Numbered from the stretch's first letter, positions 1-47,011 are shown. The stretch: DNA of 64,000 nucleotides from Amoebidium appalachense (GCA_963693365.1 CAVNZM010000006.1:5497264-5561263), one strand, 5' to 3'. The notes: a model not told the origin generated them from the sequence alone. A program made the numbers and translations.

Positions 1-1036
1 TGAATTAGTTAGGTGATTTTGTACATGTTCCGTGAAAGTGAAATAGGTAGGTATAGCATACAGCTGCAGGAAGAAAGCCACGGCTAGCTGCGGAAGGCAC
101 ACGCTGATGCACTAAATAGTTCATCACCAACTCTCAATGGGCGTGTATGCCGTGCGCACCAACCATAAATATGCGTGTATGCCAAGCAAGTGGCCGTCAT
201 TTTATCAGTTTCTGCGGGCAAGTACACAATTGTATTAACGATACACTCTCCTTCGAAAATGGAAGAGATTTAAAAGATTTATTTCGTGCCAGTTACAGTA
301 TGTGCACGTGTATAACAGAGGCCCCCCGACATAATTCTCAAACCAGTTCTCTTCACAACGCTCATGTAAGCCTTACGCTTGGTGCCCAACAGTGAGCTGA
401 TGCTACTTCACACAAAGCCTATCCAACTACACACCATTTCTGCCGTCCTGTCTCCTTCAAGAAGATTGCCTCGAGCAGTGAAACCTAGCCAAACACTTTT
501 TGGATAATAAAGGGAAAATATGAAAAGGATAACGCTGTTCGCCGCCTCCAGCCGTTGACGCCCACTGCCTTCGTCACCTCCACCGGTGGCCGCGGGGGTG
601 GTTTCCGAGGAAGGAGGGGGCCAGTTTGGAAGCTGACTGACTAATAAAAACTATTAGCAGCCAACAGGGTCCTCTGTAGGAGGTGTCGGCCGTAACCCCC
701 TCCTGACCACCCCTGTCTTAATGGTGATGCCGGCAAACACACATTGGCTGTGCGCTGGCTTTATATGGGAAGTCATTGCGAGAGCTTGATTGTGGGACAC
801 ATTCAGAGGGTACAAAGCGCAAGCCTGTGGCAACCAACTGTCATGATAACAGCCCAATCAAGTGCTTGTAATAAATCTTTCCAGATAGTACCATACTTGT
901 CCAAAACTGAGCTGGATCACAACTATAGGTACTGTGCCATATAGAGGACAACGGGTGTCACGGTTGTGCACATAGTATTTTGTGGTGGCACCGTGTGTAC
1001 ATGTGGGTATGTGTGAGTGTGAGTGCGTGTGTGTGC

Positions 1037-1077
<41 letters not shown>

Positions 1078-2111
1078 GCGTGATTGGGGGGGGGGGGGGG
1101 AGGGGGGAAGGGGAGGAGGAGGGGGAGGAGGAGGGGGGGGGGGGGTTGAAAACGAACCTTGCTTGACCCAGACACGAGAGGGGGGGGAGGTGGGGGGGGG
1201 GGGGGGGGGGGAGGGAGAGGGGGAGGGGGGTTAACATGTGTTACATGCATGTACAGAGTATGCAGTACACATTCACGACGGACAAAACAATTCATATTAC
1301 GGGATCGAAGATACAGTATACGTATACATGCATGTTGACGTTTTTTTTATTTTCTTGAATTGAAATACGTGTCGTGTCGTATATGTGGTACGATAGCTCC
1401 ATTTTGACAATACTTGGATATGTTAACATCAAGTGTGAGTTAATGTGCACGTCTCAGCGAACAACATTTCAGAAAACAAATTCCTGTGATACCTTCTCTG
1501 AACACTATCCTACTAAAGTAATGCACAAGCTTACAGTACACATGCCATGAAGCTCTCTCACTCAAGCATTATATATGTATACTCCCACCCCCCATACCAC
1601 GGGCTTATACCAGGCATTAAAAGTTTACCGGCCTCTGTTACAGTAAAAGTTTACCCCCTGCATACAAGTTAAATATGCATGCCACCTACAGTGCCATCAC
1701 ATATATGTACACAAGGCCTAGGGGGTTTGCCTGCCAGGCCGACCCGGAGATATAATAAAAAAATTTCCGTCTGAAACATTTAATAGTGACCGATCAAAGC
1801 TACAATTTTCCGATTAAATTCTACATAAAAATGCCCCCCCCCCCCCCCCCCAAAAAAAAAAAAAAAAAAAAAAAAAAAACCGACACAAGGAAGCGTCCAT
1901 GAATCCTACCTAAGACATATCAACACATAGAGTCACTGCAGGCAAACACGGAGGGAAGAAAAGGGCCCAAAAAAAAAACAAAAAAAAAAAAAAAAAAAAA
2001 AAAAAACAGGGTAGTTTGGGCTCCGATCTGACTTCATGCAAAAAGAGGGTAGTTACAGCCCAAGGCTTGGGCAAGGTGGAAAGTTCGGGGGTTTTTTCCC
2101 TCGATGAATTT

Positions 2112-14843
<12,732 letters not shown>

Positions 14844-15791
14844 GGCTTTGTATGGCGTCTGCGGCCGCTGGGAAGTGGGTGTGCCAGTAGATGTGGATGG
14901 TGTGGGGCTCGTTGTTAGCGGTATTACACTGGGGAAATTCATCAGGGCGGCTGACTCAAATTGCTTGTATGTGGAAGTGAATGGCAGTGGTAAAAAGGCA
15001 AAAAAAATGAAAAAATAAAAGGGAAAGTCTGAATGTGTGACTGTGGTATTTGCTCACGTGGCAAAATTCTCTCTAAAGGCAGAAACTAAGCGTGTCAAAC
15101 TTGTTTTTATCGCCTGCTTTTATTAATTCACGGGACATTCATTGCAGCAAGCTTTAGAATATGATAACCAGACAACCAAGGCATGCAACCCGTCTGATGT
15201 TTGTTCTTTAAGTTTTGTGTGCACTTATAGTTACGGTACTGAAAGGACCTACAATAAACCGGTGTTTCTTAGAACAAAGACATGAACGATGACCAAAGCA
15301 GGAGACTAAAGCAGGAGAGCAGCAAGCAACATGTACAAGAAATTTACTTGAAAAACTTGCAGCTGATGATCGCCCTGCCCAACGATAAACCCAAAACGGT
15401 AAAACAAATGTTTTACATAAATAATTCATTGTTTGTTAAACACTTATAATAAGCAATCAAACAGTACATGGATTATAAAAATATCATCAGGCACTTTATC
15501 ACACGTCAATTGTACCGCTTTGAAGCGCACCAAACGCTTACGCAAGCGGCCGGGCGACTGTTTTTTTCACCTGAGGTTCAAAGTTTTGCTGAGTCACAGG
15601 TTGACGTGAAAAGGTGAAGACAAAAGCATGTTTTGTCTTACTTAACGCTCTGGTAGTATGCATTTTCTTGTTCTTGTGTGTGTGAGCCATGTAAGTGGCA
15701 CATGCACATCACCGACTTAGACTTTTTTTGTCAGAACAGAGTTGTGCGGTCCACAAGGCGGTTTTACCTCATTACTTGATGTGGTGGAAAA
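14844..15791. promoter_or_regulatory. Probable bidirectional promoter between VPS45 and the lipase gene
   Basis: Divergent start codons ~950 bp apart. The interval lacks the long microsatellites found in introns and has CACGTG (~15055) and TGACGT-type (~15502, ~15602) motifs; their function is not shown. Confidence 0.45.
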
Positions 15792-17715
15792 ATGTTGAGA
15801 CAAGGACTGTCTAGGAACATGTGCGGGGTAGGGGCGTTTTTGAAACCTGCACCCACGAAACACACTCTGTCTTCTCTGTTTCCTGTCTCTCGCACTACGC
15901 TCACGCACGTCCTTCGACCGATTCGCACCTTGCCCTCCCATAGGTCCTTCACATCCTCTCAGATCCTTTTTGAAAAGCACCGCCAACCCCCGAGCGAATA
16001 CATAAAAACACAACATTACCCCGTTAAGGAGCAACTTGCTACCTTGATTCACCAAGCAGACACACAAGACATTACCTATGAGGATCCTTGGCTCGGACTT
16101 GGCTTTGGGCACAACTGGCACAGTCTCAGGCATCTCCGCCGCAGTTTGGACGCGACAAAACGTCATTGGAAAAATACCTGTCAAGACATAGCGCTGAAGG
16201 TAACGGAGCTGGAAGATACGGTGGACAGACTCGAGCGTGCCTCGTTTTTCGTTGCGCAGATTTCCTCCCACTACGATTTCGACAAAGACAACCCGGGCAA
16301 CGGTTTTCGTAGTTTGATGACCGTGTGTGACAGGTTTGCTTACAGCCATGGAACGGCCATAGCGCGGAAGTGTAGGGAGGCGGTTGGGGAAAAGAAAAAG
16401 GATTCCAAGGTCCATGAGGAGAACCTTGCGTTTCTAACGCAAACGAACGAGCACCTGTCCAAGTTCACGTCGCTCATCGAGTTCTGTAAGCCCCTTGCTA
16501 TACATGGCAACGGAACCTCTCTTTTTGCAGACATTCCTGGGAAGGATGAAGCACTCACACAGGTGCTGGGAATGGGGAAGCAGGTTTTCTACGGGCACAT
16601 GTTCGGTCTCCACTACGATTTACGCATACGGCTAATCATGGAAGCGTTTGTCATGGCCACGGCAAGTTACAGCATGGCGTATCGAGAGCATGACGTGTGG
16701 TATCTTCGGGATGCTCGCGCAGCCATTGAGATGGTAGACCTGGCGTTTCGAAAGGGAGCGGACAAACGTGCGGAGATTGTGTGTGAGCAATTTGCCAGCG
16801 GGGACGCAAATTTCACCAAGTATTTTTGGAACAAATCCGAAACCACCTTCGTGCGCTACCTACCCGCCCTTGTCGCACCGGCTGTCTCGGTCAACGCAAT
16901 TTTGCGCCTTCCCCCAATACCACTTTCGTTTACGAACGAAGAAACAGGAAAAACTGTCACTGTTCATCCACCCAAGGGGGTAGCGTCGATAAAGGTTCGT
17001 CTGATTTCTAAAGACCCCCTAGGGGGTCCCTTGGGCAAGCAGTTACAGGAAATGTCGAAAGGGACGGGGGGGATTTTCACATCGGATGTGGAGGTGGGTG
17101 TGGGTGAAACAGCCCTTGCAACCGGAACGGTGGAGAAGCAGGAGGGAAAAGCGCAAAAGGTGGGTGGGGGCGGGGGGGCTCTTGATCTGGTGACAAGCAC
17201 TCTTGGGGGTGTTACAAGTACATTGGGGGATGTTTTACGCTCGGATATCGTTACGAGTACAGTTGGCGGAGTGAGCGGAGTGATTCGAGCGATTCGCCCT
17301 GCGAGCAAGCCCGTACAACACCCACCCGGACCACACGTTTCCTCAATCGCCGCAAACGAAAACGGAAACGAAAACGGAACGGGTGGAGCAGTTATGAATG
17401 GGGAAAGTACCGCCCACGCGTCACCGCCGCGAAAGCGGAGGGGGTTTCTGCTCCACATCCACGGGGGTGGGTTCGTGGCGCAAACGTCGGCTTCCCACCT
17501 GACCTACTTACGTTTTTGGGCTGACACCCTCGGGCTACCCATTCTCTCTGTTGATTATTCGCTCGCTCCAGAGGCCCCTTTTCCTACTGCGCTTGAGGAG
17601 TGCACGTATGCATATGCGTGGGCGTTGCAGAATGCAGAGACCTTTGGAACGTCTGCTGAATGTGTGGCTATCAGTGGGGAGTCTGCTGGTGGTACGTGCC
17701 TTTTCTATTACCCCC

Positions 17716-17751
<36 letters not shown>

Positions 17752-17870
17752 CTCCTCTCAAGCACACAATCACTCTCTCTCACCCTACGACCAGCACCAT
17801 TACGAAGAGAGAGAGGCTGGGGGGGGGGGGGGGGGGGAGGGGAGAGGGGGAGGGGGGGGGGGGGGGGGGG

Positions 17871-17918
<48 letters not shown>

Positions 17919-18152
17919 TATGGGGGGGGGGGGGGGGGGGGGGGGGAAGAAAGAAAAAAAAGAGAAGAAAAAGAAAAAGAAAATGGGAGAGAGAGAGAGG
18001 GTCGGACGGAGGGATGAAGGTGGAGAGATAATCACACACTTTTCATTTTATTTTATTTTTATTTTTTCCACACAGCTGCATGCGCCAGAAAATGAAAGAC
18101 CCCCCCCCCCCCCCCCCCCCCCCCCCCTCTTCCCCCAAACAAACAAACAAAC

Positions 18153-18183
<31 letters not shown>

Positions 18184-18401
18184 AGAAGAAGAAGAAGAAG
18201 AAGAAGAAGAAGAAGAAGAAGGAGAAGAGAAGGAAGAAGAAGAAAGGAAAGTGGTGGTGGGGGTTTTTTTTTTTTTTGGGGGGGGGGGGGGGGGCTCACA
18301 TTTGTTTTTGTTTCTGTTTTTGCGCTCTTCAAATTGATTTTGTCGTCAATGTCTTTATTTCCGTTTTCTTTCCCTCCGGAGAATAAAAGCTAGACTAATC
18401 G

Positions 18402-18434
<33 letters not shown>

Positions 18435-19133
18435 TTTGCAGGCAATCTGACCATGGCCACAGCACTTCGACTGGGCCAGCTGGGTATTCGTCGGCCCGAC
18501 GCCATCCAGTGTCTTTACCCCGCACTGCACGTGCGCATGTCTCCCTCCCCCTCCCGCCTACTCGCCACCTTCGACGCACTTCTTCCCCTCGGTGTTTTGC
18601 AGACATGCCTCAACGCATACGCGCCGAAAACAACTCCCCGCCCTTCGACCCCCCAGGCCGTTTCGTCGCTTTATAAGGGTGACATGGTCGAAACACACGT
18701 GGACCCGAATAAAACCCCCATCCACGGAAATTCGACAAAATCAACCAATCAAAACGGTTCAGGCAACGATATTTCACGCGAGAGCAGCGTGGAGGTGGGG
18801 GTCACTACAGAGAGAGACAGCAGTTATGAGGAAGATTCACCACCCGACCCTTTCGTTTCCCCGTGGCATGCGCCGGATGAGCTTTTACACAACCTTCCAG
18901 ACGTTTATATGTCGGCGTGCGAACTTGATCCTCTTTTGGATGACGCGGTAGATTTTGCACGGCGCCTGAAGCGGATGGGGAAAAATGTTCGTTTTCGCGT
19001 GCACCAGGACACACCGCATGGGTTTGTTGCGATGATGAGTGCAAGCCCGGCGATTGAGAGGGCAGTAACGAGCACGACGAATGATTTGGTGGACATGTTT
19101 AGAAAGGTTCAGGACAGCGACAAACGGCCTTAG
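15792..19133 (+). CDS. LIPE: Hormone-sensitive lipase-like alpha/beta hydrolase, ~863 aa, 2 exons
   Basis: Exons 15792-17691 and 18442-19133; the intron splits GESAG/GNL. Motifs: HSL N-domain-like YDFDKDNPGNGFRSL and FYGHMFGLHY, HIHGGGFVAQTS, SVDYSLAPEAPFP, catalytic GESAG (Ser), ELDPLLDD (Asp), HGF (His). Confidence 0.9.
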
Positions 19134-21034
19134 CTTATTTATTTATTTATTTATTTATTTTTATTTTTTTTATTTTTTTGCCCCTCCCGTTTTTGAGTAC
19201 ACTGAAGGGTTAAGTTTTTTCCTTTGGGAAAAGTTTACATGTGATTGAAGAATCAGGTCTTCTTGCTGCCATAGTTGTTACTTTTTAGGTTTCTATTCTT
19301 CGTGGTTAAGCTTTTTATGTATACACATATTTGAATTTTGCCAGTTCATTTTTTTTTTTTTCGGTTAGAGGGAGTGGGGAGTGGGAGGTTCAGCAGTGAT
19401 GGATGGAGACGGGCAGACGCGCATGGCACGTGTAGGTGCGTGTGTGTTACACTGTGCTTGTGCGCGTGCGTGTACGCGTGGGTGTGAGTTTGCGTGTCCT
19501 TGTGCTCACACTCCTGAACCCAGTTTGACAATCATGCACGTGTGATATACTTTTTTGCTACCATCCTGTACTGTGCAGATGGCCTACCCTGCATCTCGAA
19601 ATGCTCGTTTAGTTATAAAGTTTCACAGAGTTTAAGTAGTTGTGGAGTATTATATTATATGTATATATAGACGATCGTATATTTTGTATGTAAGGAAGAA
19701 TATGTCGAAACCCTATAAGTAATTCCAGCTATCTCTGTAAAGTTTCCTGCAGCCTGCACGAATCATTAAAGGCCCCGATGCTCTCCGTACAGCTGTGATC
19801 ACATGACTCAGCGATGACCATGGCCGTGCACTGTGGCGCCATAAAAAACAAGTCATACCGCAGTGACAGTAATGCCCATTAGGGCCACACTGCAGGTGCA
19901 AACAGAAATAAAAAACACATAATATAACGCTCATGCGTAGAGACGCATCATTGGCGCTTTGATCTTTGAGTTCATGCATAAGGTATGCCCTGATTTGCTT
20001 GTCTGCAATTGCAGATTTTGTGAACAAGTGCTGCATTAGTGTGTGCTGCATTCAACGCCTGTCCTTTGATTCGCAATTGAAAGCGCACACAAATCAACTG
20101 CACAGGAACTCGCACACACGTACACAAGCGCTGGTAGATGGAAGCACACACACACAGTAGCATCAACACCCACTCATCCGCACTACACTACCCACATTTT
20201 GTGCAAGCCTCTTGGCAAGGTAAACACACGGAGGGCACACCTACGTTTACGAGAGACGATAACAGAAGCGGTCTATTCTGCTCACGACATCATAACTGTT
20301 TTAGCTCCATCATTGGCTGTATTTTAGACTGAGGCCTTTAAAAAATGTAAAATGTCAAATACCTTATTTGATTAGATAGATGGTGTTTAGTTAGGTCATC
20401 TATTTAGCCGTGTGAGGGAGATCCTGGCTCACAGGATGATGATGTGCGGTTGTTTGGAAAGCTCGGTTCGGTTTAAAGTTCGCATTTTCTTGACGAGAAG
20501 AGAATTCAGCATTCGAAAAAGAGTAAGATACTGGAGGTCTCAGTAGCGAGTCTGCAAACGTCGACAGAATTCGCACCCTGCTTCTCACATACGTATTCTT
20601 GGTTGATTCAGCCGATCGATTGGTTCTTGGGAAGCTTCCTTGGGGTTGTTTTTTGCCCATTTTTTTGACAACATCGTGATGTTTTTTTTTGTGGCGACAT
20701 ACATAGTAAAGCAACTGTCCGTATAAGCTGTTGTTATTATTTTTTCTTGCAGCCCTAACAGCAAAGGTTTTATCTGCACCTTCTTTCAATTCATCTTTTA
20801 CATCTTGGTGGGTAGATCACTGTTTACACTGTTCACAGTAGTTGAAAGGTGAACAAATAGCCTTTTTCCAACGGAACGTGGGTTGCTTATAACCCGCGTG
20901 TTCCTCGCTTTTCTTCCGCCCCAATTTCTTTCACCTCATACGAACTTCACGGGTACCCGCCAGCGAGGCACCTGGAGTTAAGCAATCTCCTGTTATTTTT
21001 GGCGTGGAGAGGCTATTTTCGCCGCACATGAGCC

Positions 21035-40723
<19,689 letters not shown>

Positions 40724-41167
40724 CATGCGCCCAATGGTTACGGTACACGCCTCTGTCAGCACTTGCCTTATATGGAAATGTTAGTTTTTGCCAATGGCAC
40801 TGATGTCGAATACCTACTGGCGTGTATACCTGTTATGAATATTTGTGTGTTTTGGAGCGCAAGTTTTTTGCGCGTTCGATTTTCAAGTTTCTTGCCCGTG
40901 CTTCTGTGGGTGGAGGTAGGGGTTTTTGTGCAACGGTTATGGCTTTTTTCAGCCCATTGCATGTCGTCTTTAATACGCGAGTGAACTTATTGGTGGCGTG
41001 AATGAATGAATACTGTGATCGCTGCCAAACGTACATCTATTTTTTTTTCTTCCCTGAAAAGTTATGCGTGCTGGATTGGGCATATCCTTAGGCGTTCATG
41101 ATAGTTTGTACAGTGCAATACACCACCGCTCTATCCATGAACCTACTGTAGTATTTTTTTTTTTCCG

Positions 41168-41200
<33 letters not shown>

Positions 41201-41255
41201 CTGCCTCCCACTCTTTCTCCCTCTCTCTCTCTTTCTCCCTCTCTCTCTCTCTCTG

Positions 41256-41356
<101 letters not shown>

Positions 41357-42077
41357 TTTTTTTTGGCATTTCTTTTTTGAGGGTTTTGGATCGGCAATCT
41401 AGCGCTTGAGTTACATGGATACGGTGGCTAATATTAATTAAAGGTTTTTTTAAGTAGGATTTCCTCGTGTATGTGGAGTGTGAAATTTTAGATATTATTG
41501 ACACGGTGCACCTGTTTGCATAACTTACCCGGTTTTTGTTAATTTTTAATTACGTTTTCTCGCGTTTTCATTGAGATAGGATACAGGCAAGCCGGGCTGC
41601 GGTTGTCTAATTATATCTTTTTATGTATTCCAATTTTGACGTTTGGTATGTATTGAGGTGGTCGATAGCTCTTTCCGCTAGATATGTGAGTCGTTTTTGT
41701 ATGGTGTTTCATTGATGATATCCACATGTGTGTGTCGAAGTACAACCAGTGAAATTGTTTGGGAATTATTCGGGTCTGTTTGATATCATATCTCGTGGGC
41801 CTGGCCGAGCCGATCAAATGCACAAATATATTGTTGGGCTGACGTAGTACTAAATTTGAATGTAGTATGATGTGTCGTGTTACAGTACGGGTCTCCAAAA
41901 TTTTCTCCCCGAGACTCCGCAATCTACATAAGTTCCAGAATTAAAATTTCAAGCTGGTATCATTTTGATTCGAGCACAGTCACTGGCATAAATATGTTCC
42001 CCCCCCCCCTTCCCCCCGCACCCACCCACCCACACACCCACCCCCCACCCACCCCCGTCCGGATCCACTGGAACGCA

Positions 42078-42148
<71 letters not shown>

Positions 42149-42274
42149 CACCGTGACTGTGAATGCCAACAAACTATATATTTAAAACTCACACAGCTGC
42201 AATGCACGGTAACATGAACACACACGCGCATGTAACCACACATCATGGCACACACACACACACACACACACGTC

Positions 42275-42305
<31 letters not shown>

Positions 42306-43387
42306 AGACGCACAATGTCATTCAAGCACATGAGCAAGCACTCAGTCACAGAAAAGCCTGCCCCCAGACACGCTGCAGAAACCCGCGGTTTGGGCATACT
42401 ACATGCATGCCAGTGCGGGCGTGTGCCTGCACACACACAGTATCACACACGGACGCATAAACACGCACACACACACGGTGGCGCACATATGCACACGCAT
42501 TCACACACTCGCGCGCGTGCGCGCGCACACACACATGCATATGCACGCATGTACGCCGGCAGACGCACGCACCCGGCCCACACACACACACCTCCTTCTT
42601 TCCCTCAATCACTTCCACTTCACCCGCTCCGCCACCTTTCGGCTAATAAACATCCAATTGTCTCAGCCTCCAGCCCTAGAATGTTCTTTGCTCCTCCTCT
42701 GCTAGCGCTAATAATGATTAATAGCTCAGTTACCGAATCTCTGTCTCTTTTTTCTCGTCCAAACTTTTCATCTCCTTTTTCTTTTCAAATAATCAAGTTT
42801 CGTGTTTCTCGCTCTCCCTTCCTCCTCTCTCCTACCCATACACCATCCCCAATGACAGCAGTTGCAACCCCCCCCCCCCCCCCCCCCCTTTTCCCCGGGT
42901 GCCCCCCTTCCCCGGCGGGGCCCTCACCAACACGTAACCACCACCATTTCTAGCTGACGATTTCCTCCAGTTTCCCGGGTGCACGAATCTTGTGTGTGTG
43001 CTACTATAATTATTGGTTCCTGCATTGGTACAACAGCACCGTCACGGCCGCGGCTACCACCGAGGGGCGGGGGATGGGGGGGGGGGAGGGGAGGAGGAGG
43101 GGAGGGGGGAAGGGGGCGGGGGGGAAGGGGGGGGGGGGGGGGGGGAAGGGGGGGGGGGGGTGGAGGGGGGAGGGGGGATAGACTTGTTTGGGTAAGGTGT
43201 GTAGTGATAGGGGGAGCGAGGTTTCTTGTTCCATTTTCCTTTGTTGTTCTTTTTCCGTCTTTCTTTTCTTCTTTTCGTGCCCGCACGAGAGGTCGAGGAG
43301 GGAAGATACTGCATGGAATCGCAATGGGTGGGGGGAGGGGGGGGGAAAGGGGGGGGGGGGCTGAGTTGGATTATTGGTGGTGGTGGT

Positions 43388-43433
<46 letters not shown>

Positions 43434-43486
43434 CTAAGGTTGAATCGGTTGTGACCGTTTCCCCCCATCCCCCTCCCCCCCTCCCA

Positions 43487-43519
<33 letters not shown>

Positions 43520-43992
43520 AAAAAAGGAAAAAGAATAGAAAAAGAAAAGGAAAAATAAGATAGAAATAAAGGAAAGAACCTGAAAATAGGGGGGGGGGGG
43601 GTCTTTCTTTCTTTTTTTTGTCCTTTCTTGGTCTTTTCTCTTCTTTTCTTTTCCTTTCAATGATTCTATTTTTTTTTTTGTGTCACGTGTGCGTGTGTGC
43701 GTGTGTTTGGGATCATCAGGGGGGGGGGGGGGGGGGGGGGGGATGGGGGGGAAGGGGGGGGGGGGGGGGGGGGGGGGGCACAAAAACCTCCTTCTCACTT
43801 CTTTGGCACTCCTGGCCTTCAAATTATACTAAAACAGAGGAATAAAAAGTGATTGAGCAGTCACATACACGGAAACTCAATACATCCATATGTGTACATG
43901 CACAAACCAGAACAGCGTGCAGCAATCGGATACAAAAACACACGCACACATAAGGTACAATAGACGCACGTGCGTGCGTGTTTGTGAAAGTA

Positions 43993-45179
43993 TGCGCCGG
44001 CTTGCTAGTATGAATCGATTTGGCCCCCCTGCTCGGACTATTGGTGATTCTACTGGAGGCCCTCTCATAGACTCTGATAAGTATTTCTCGGAACTGTTTA
44101 AAGATAGGACCCCCGCTCAGAAGCCTATTGTGTGGCCTGTAGACACATCTATCCCCAAAGAATCGATCCTCCCCTTCTTTAGTCCCGATACCGTATGGTC
44201 TGTGATATCTAGTTATAGCTCTAGTAAGTCGTGTGGGCCTGATGGACTTCCTGCTGGGTTTCTTAAAATCCTCGTTCCCCCCTACCCACAGCAGGAAAGT
44301 GATCGTGCTAACAAACCTGATCTTGCTATTAACTTAAGCTCTCTCTTTTCTTGGTGTGTTAAATGTGGACATGTCCCGTTATCTTGGTTAGATACCTTAG
44401 TGATCCCCATAGTTAACAAGGACTCTGAGGGCCCCATATCATCTCTTCGTCCCATCACACTAACCCAGGTTGTTCGTAGATTCTTTGAAGCCTGCTTACT
44501 CAGGTTATTTGCACATCACCCTAGGTTTCAATCTATTCTTCACATACACCTATGCCAATCCGCTTTTCGTAAAAAGAATTCATGTTATGTTTACATAATG
44601 GCACTGCACGATTCTATGCAAGTTTGTGCACGATATGCTGGTTTTATTGATTGGAAAACTGCTTACGATTCTGTCTCCCCTGGTCTCCTATGGGAAAGAT
44701 TGCTGCATGGGGTGTACCACACTGCATTGGTGTTTTGTTAGAAGCACTCTTGTCTCAAACCTATGGTAGAGCTGTGGTTAATGGGCACCTTTCATATGGT
44801 TTTTCTCGTACTAGAGGTCTCTTGCAGGGTTCATTGCTCAGCCAGTTTTTGTTTAACCTATTAATAGATTATTTGCCTGGCAAGATTTATGCCGAAAATG
44901 ATGACCCTATTAATAACTTTCCGCCTGCACTTCTCTATGCTGATGATCTGTCCCTCCTTGCCCGTACCCCTAGACGCCTGCAAAGATTGTTCGATATAGT
45001 GTCAGAGTGGTGCAAGGCAAACCTTATGATCCTTAACATAGACAATTGTGGTGTTCTTGTACCTGATATAGCTAACAATTACACACATTTACATTATCAT
45101 CTAAACCTGTACCTATCGTTCCAGAATACAAATATCTTGGTGTTTCGGTCAATTACCGAGTGTCCCAGGGGAGCCCGCT

Positions 45180-45212
<33 letters not shown>

Positions 45213-45420
45213 GGGGAACCCAACTAATTGGTTTTCTTAGTCTTTATGGTGCCTCGTAGAGAAAGTAAACCCTGATATATAATCATCACCCGACATCTAT
45301 GTACTTGATCATGATATACCGCTGAGGGGATATTCCGAGCAAAAATCCCCCATACCTGAGACTGGTCTCTCTTTGCCTCGAGTAAACAGTGTAAACCCCA
45401 AATCGATTTCTGCCACTAAC
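43993..45420 (+). mobile_element. Degenerate 5'-truncated non-LTR retrotransposon (LINE) reverse transcriptase
   Basis: RT motifs KSCGPDGL, LRPITL, QSAFRK, FIDWKTAYDSV, RGLLQGSLLSQFLFN, LYADDL and thumb-region YKYLG spread over different frames (frameshifts near 44700 and 45100). The 3' boundary is approximate. Confidence 0.9.
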
Positions 45421-45814
45421 TAATCCAACAAGTCATACATGTACATAGCACTGTAAATGTTTGTGCACCCGCACACAGTGGAACATATTCGGACAACTGC
45501 CTATTGTTGGGCAAGTTCATACGGGTGGCCATGGTCGCTTCGGAAGAGCCGGGGAAGAGGCAGGTTGGAATGGTTTAGGCTGCATTGGGAATTCGAAAAT
45601 AACGGCCAACCCTTCCCCCCCCCCCCCCCCCCCCCCCCCTCCCGGCCCCCCCCCCCCCCGCGGAGTCCCCCCTTTGCAATGGATGGTCGAAGTGAACGGC
45701 TAGCCCCACACCACCAATTTGCCTTCCACCCCCCCCCCCCCCCCCCCCCCCCCCCCACCCCAACACACACACGCACACACACACACACACACACACACCG
45801 TGACACACACCGTG

Positions 45815-45852
<38 letters not shown>

Positions 45853-46396
45853 CCAGCCACCCAGCCAGCCACCAACCCACCCACCCACATACACATGCAC
45901 GAAATTCTGACATGGTTACGTGATGGCAATTTTTTTTTCCAAGTTAACTAACAAGGCACCTTACTTCTAGTTAAACACTCGCGGAGTCATTGCACAGGGT
46001 TGAACTTGGATTTCTGACCGCTAGTCACGGTGTGTCATTACAAAAACACCCACCCTCGGGCCACAGTGTAAGTACAGAGCACACACGTATGTGCCGCACA
46101 CACACGTACACACCCACTCACACACGCACGTACACACACACAGGGAGTCATACGGGTTTCTTTATTCATGGCTATAAACAGCATTTTCGATATTCAGAGC
46201 ATTGTTTGCTCGACAAAGTCACGGTAAGGAGGCTTTCCCCCCCCATTTTCACTGGACAAACTGACATAGGAAAGGGGGAGGGGAAAGGTTAGGGGTTCGA
46301 ACATCACCACTGCCGGTCGAATTTTTTTTCCGGAAAATTTGTGAAAATCTACACGAGAAAACATTTCTACAGTACACCCTAAGGCTTCTAGACCCC

Positions 46397-46955
46397 CTAC
46401 AGCTGCCCCAGATGTGTGGTCTGCATCATGTGTGCGGGATAGCGGTCCCCCTTGATCTTATCCCACGGCACGGCGACCTCAATCTCCGCAAGAATTTCAG
46501 GTGCAAGCTTGTCCAAAAGGGCGAGCACGCCCACATTTTCCTGCAGGCGGCGGGGGTTTTTCGTCCCGGGGATGGGGACCACGTCCTCCCCCCTGCTTTG
46601 GACCCACGCGAGCGCAAGTTGGCCGGTGGTTGCGTTGAGACGTTGGGCGATGGCCTCCAAATTCTTGACCATTTGCAGGTTGGCTTCGAAATTTTCATCG
46701 TTGAATCTGTTCGAACCCCCCATCCCAAAACACCCATCAGCGATCGTTTACAGGGTCGGCGCTGGAAGAAAGAACCCCCCCCCCCCCATTCTCGCTACTT
46801 ACAAATTTCAGATTGTGTTAGTTCTGTGCCAGTAAATGTGAGGGTGAATGCAGCACACCTAGAGCTAACGGCATCCCCCCCCCCCCCCCCCCCGAAAAAA
46901 AAAACAAAAAAACAAAAAAACATAAACACACAGAATCCTCTGAAAACCACATAGG

Positions 46956-47011
<56 letters not shown>

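Noticed and set aside
1-960. Short ORFs and possible exons at the window start
   Set aside because: No recognisable protein motif or consistent exon chain could be built.
17692-18017. C-terminal part of the 741-aa ORF 15792-18017
   Set aside because: Read-through into the intron after GESAG; the true frame resumes at 18442.
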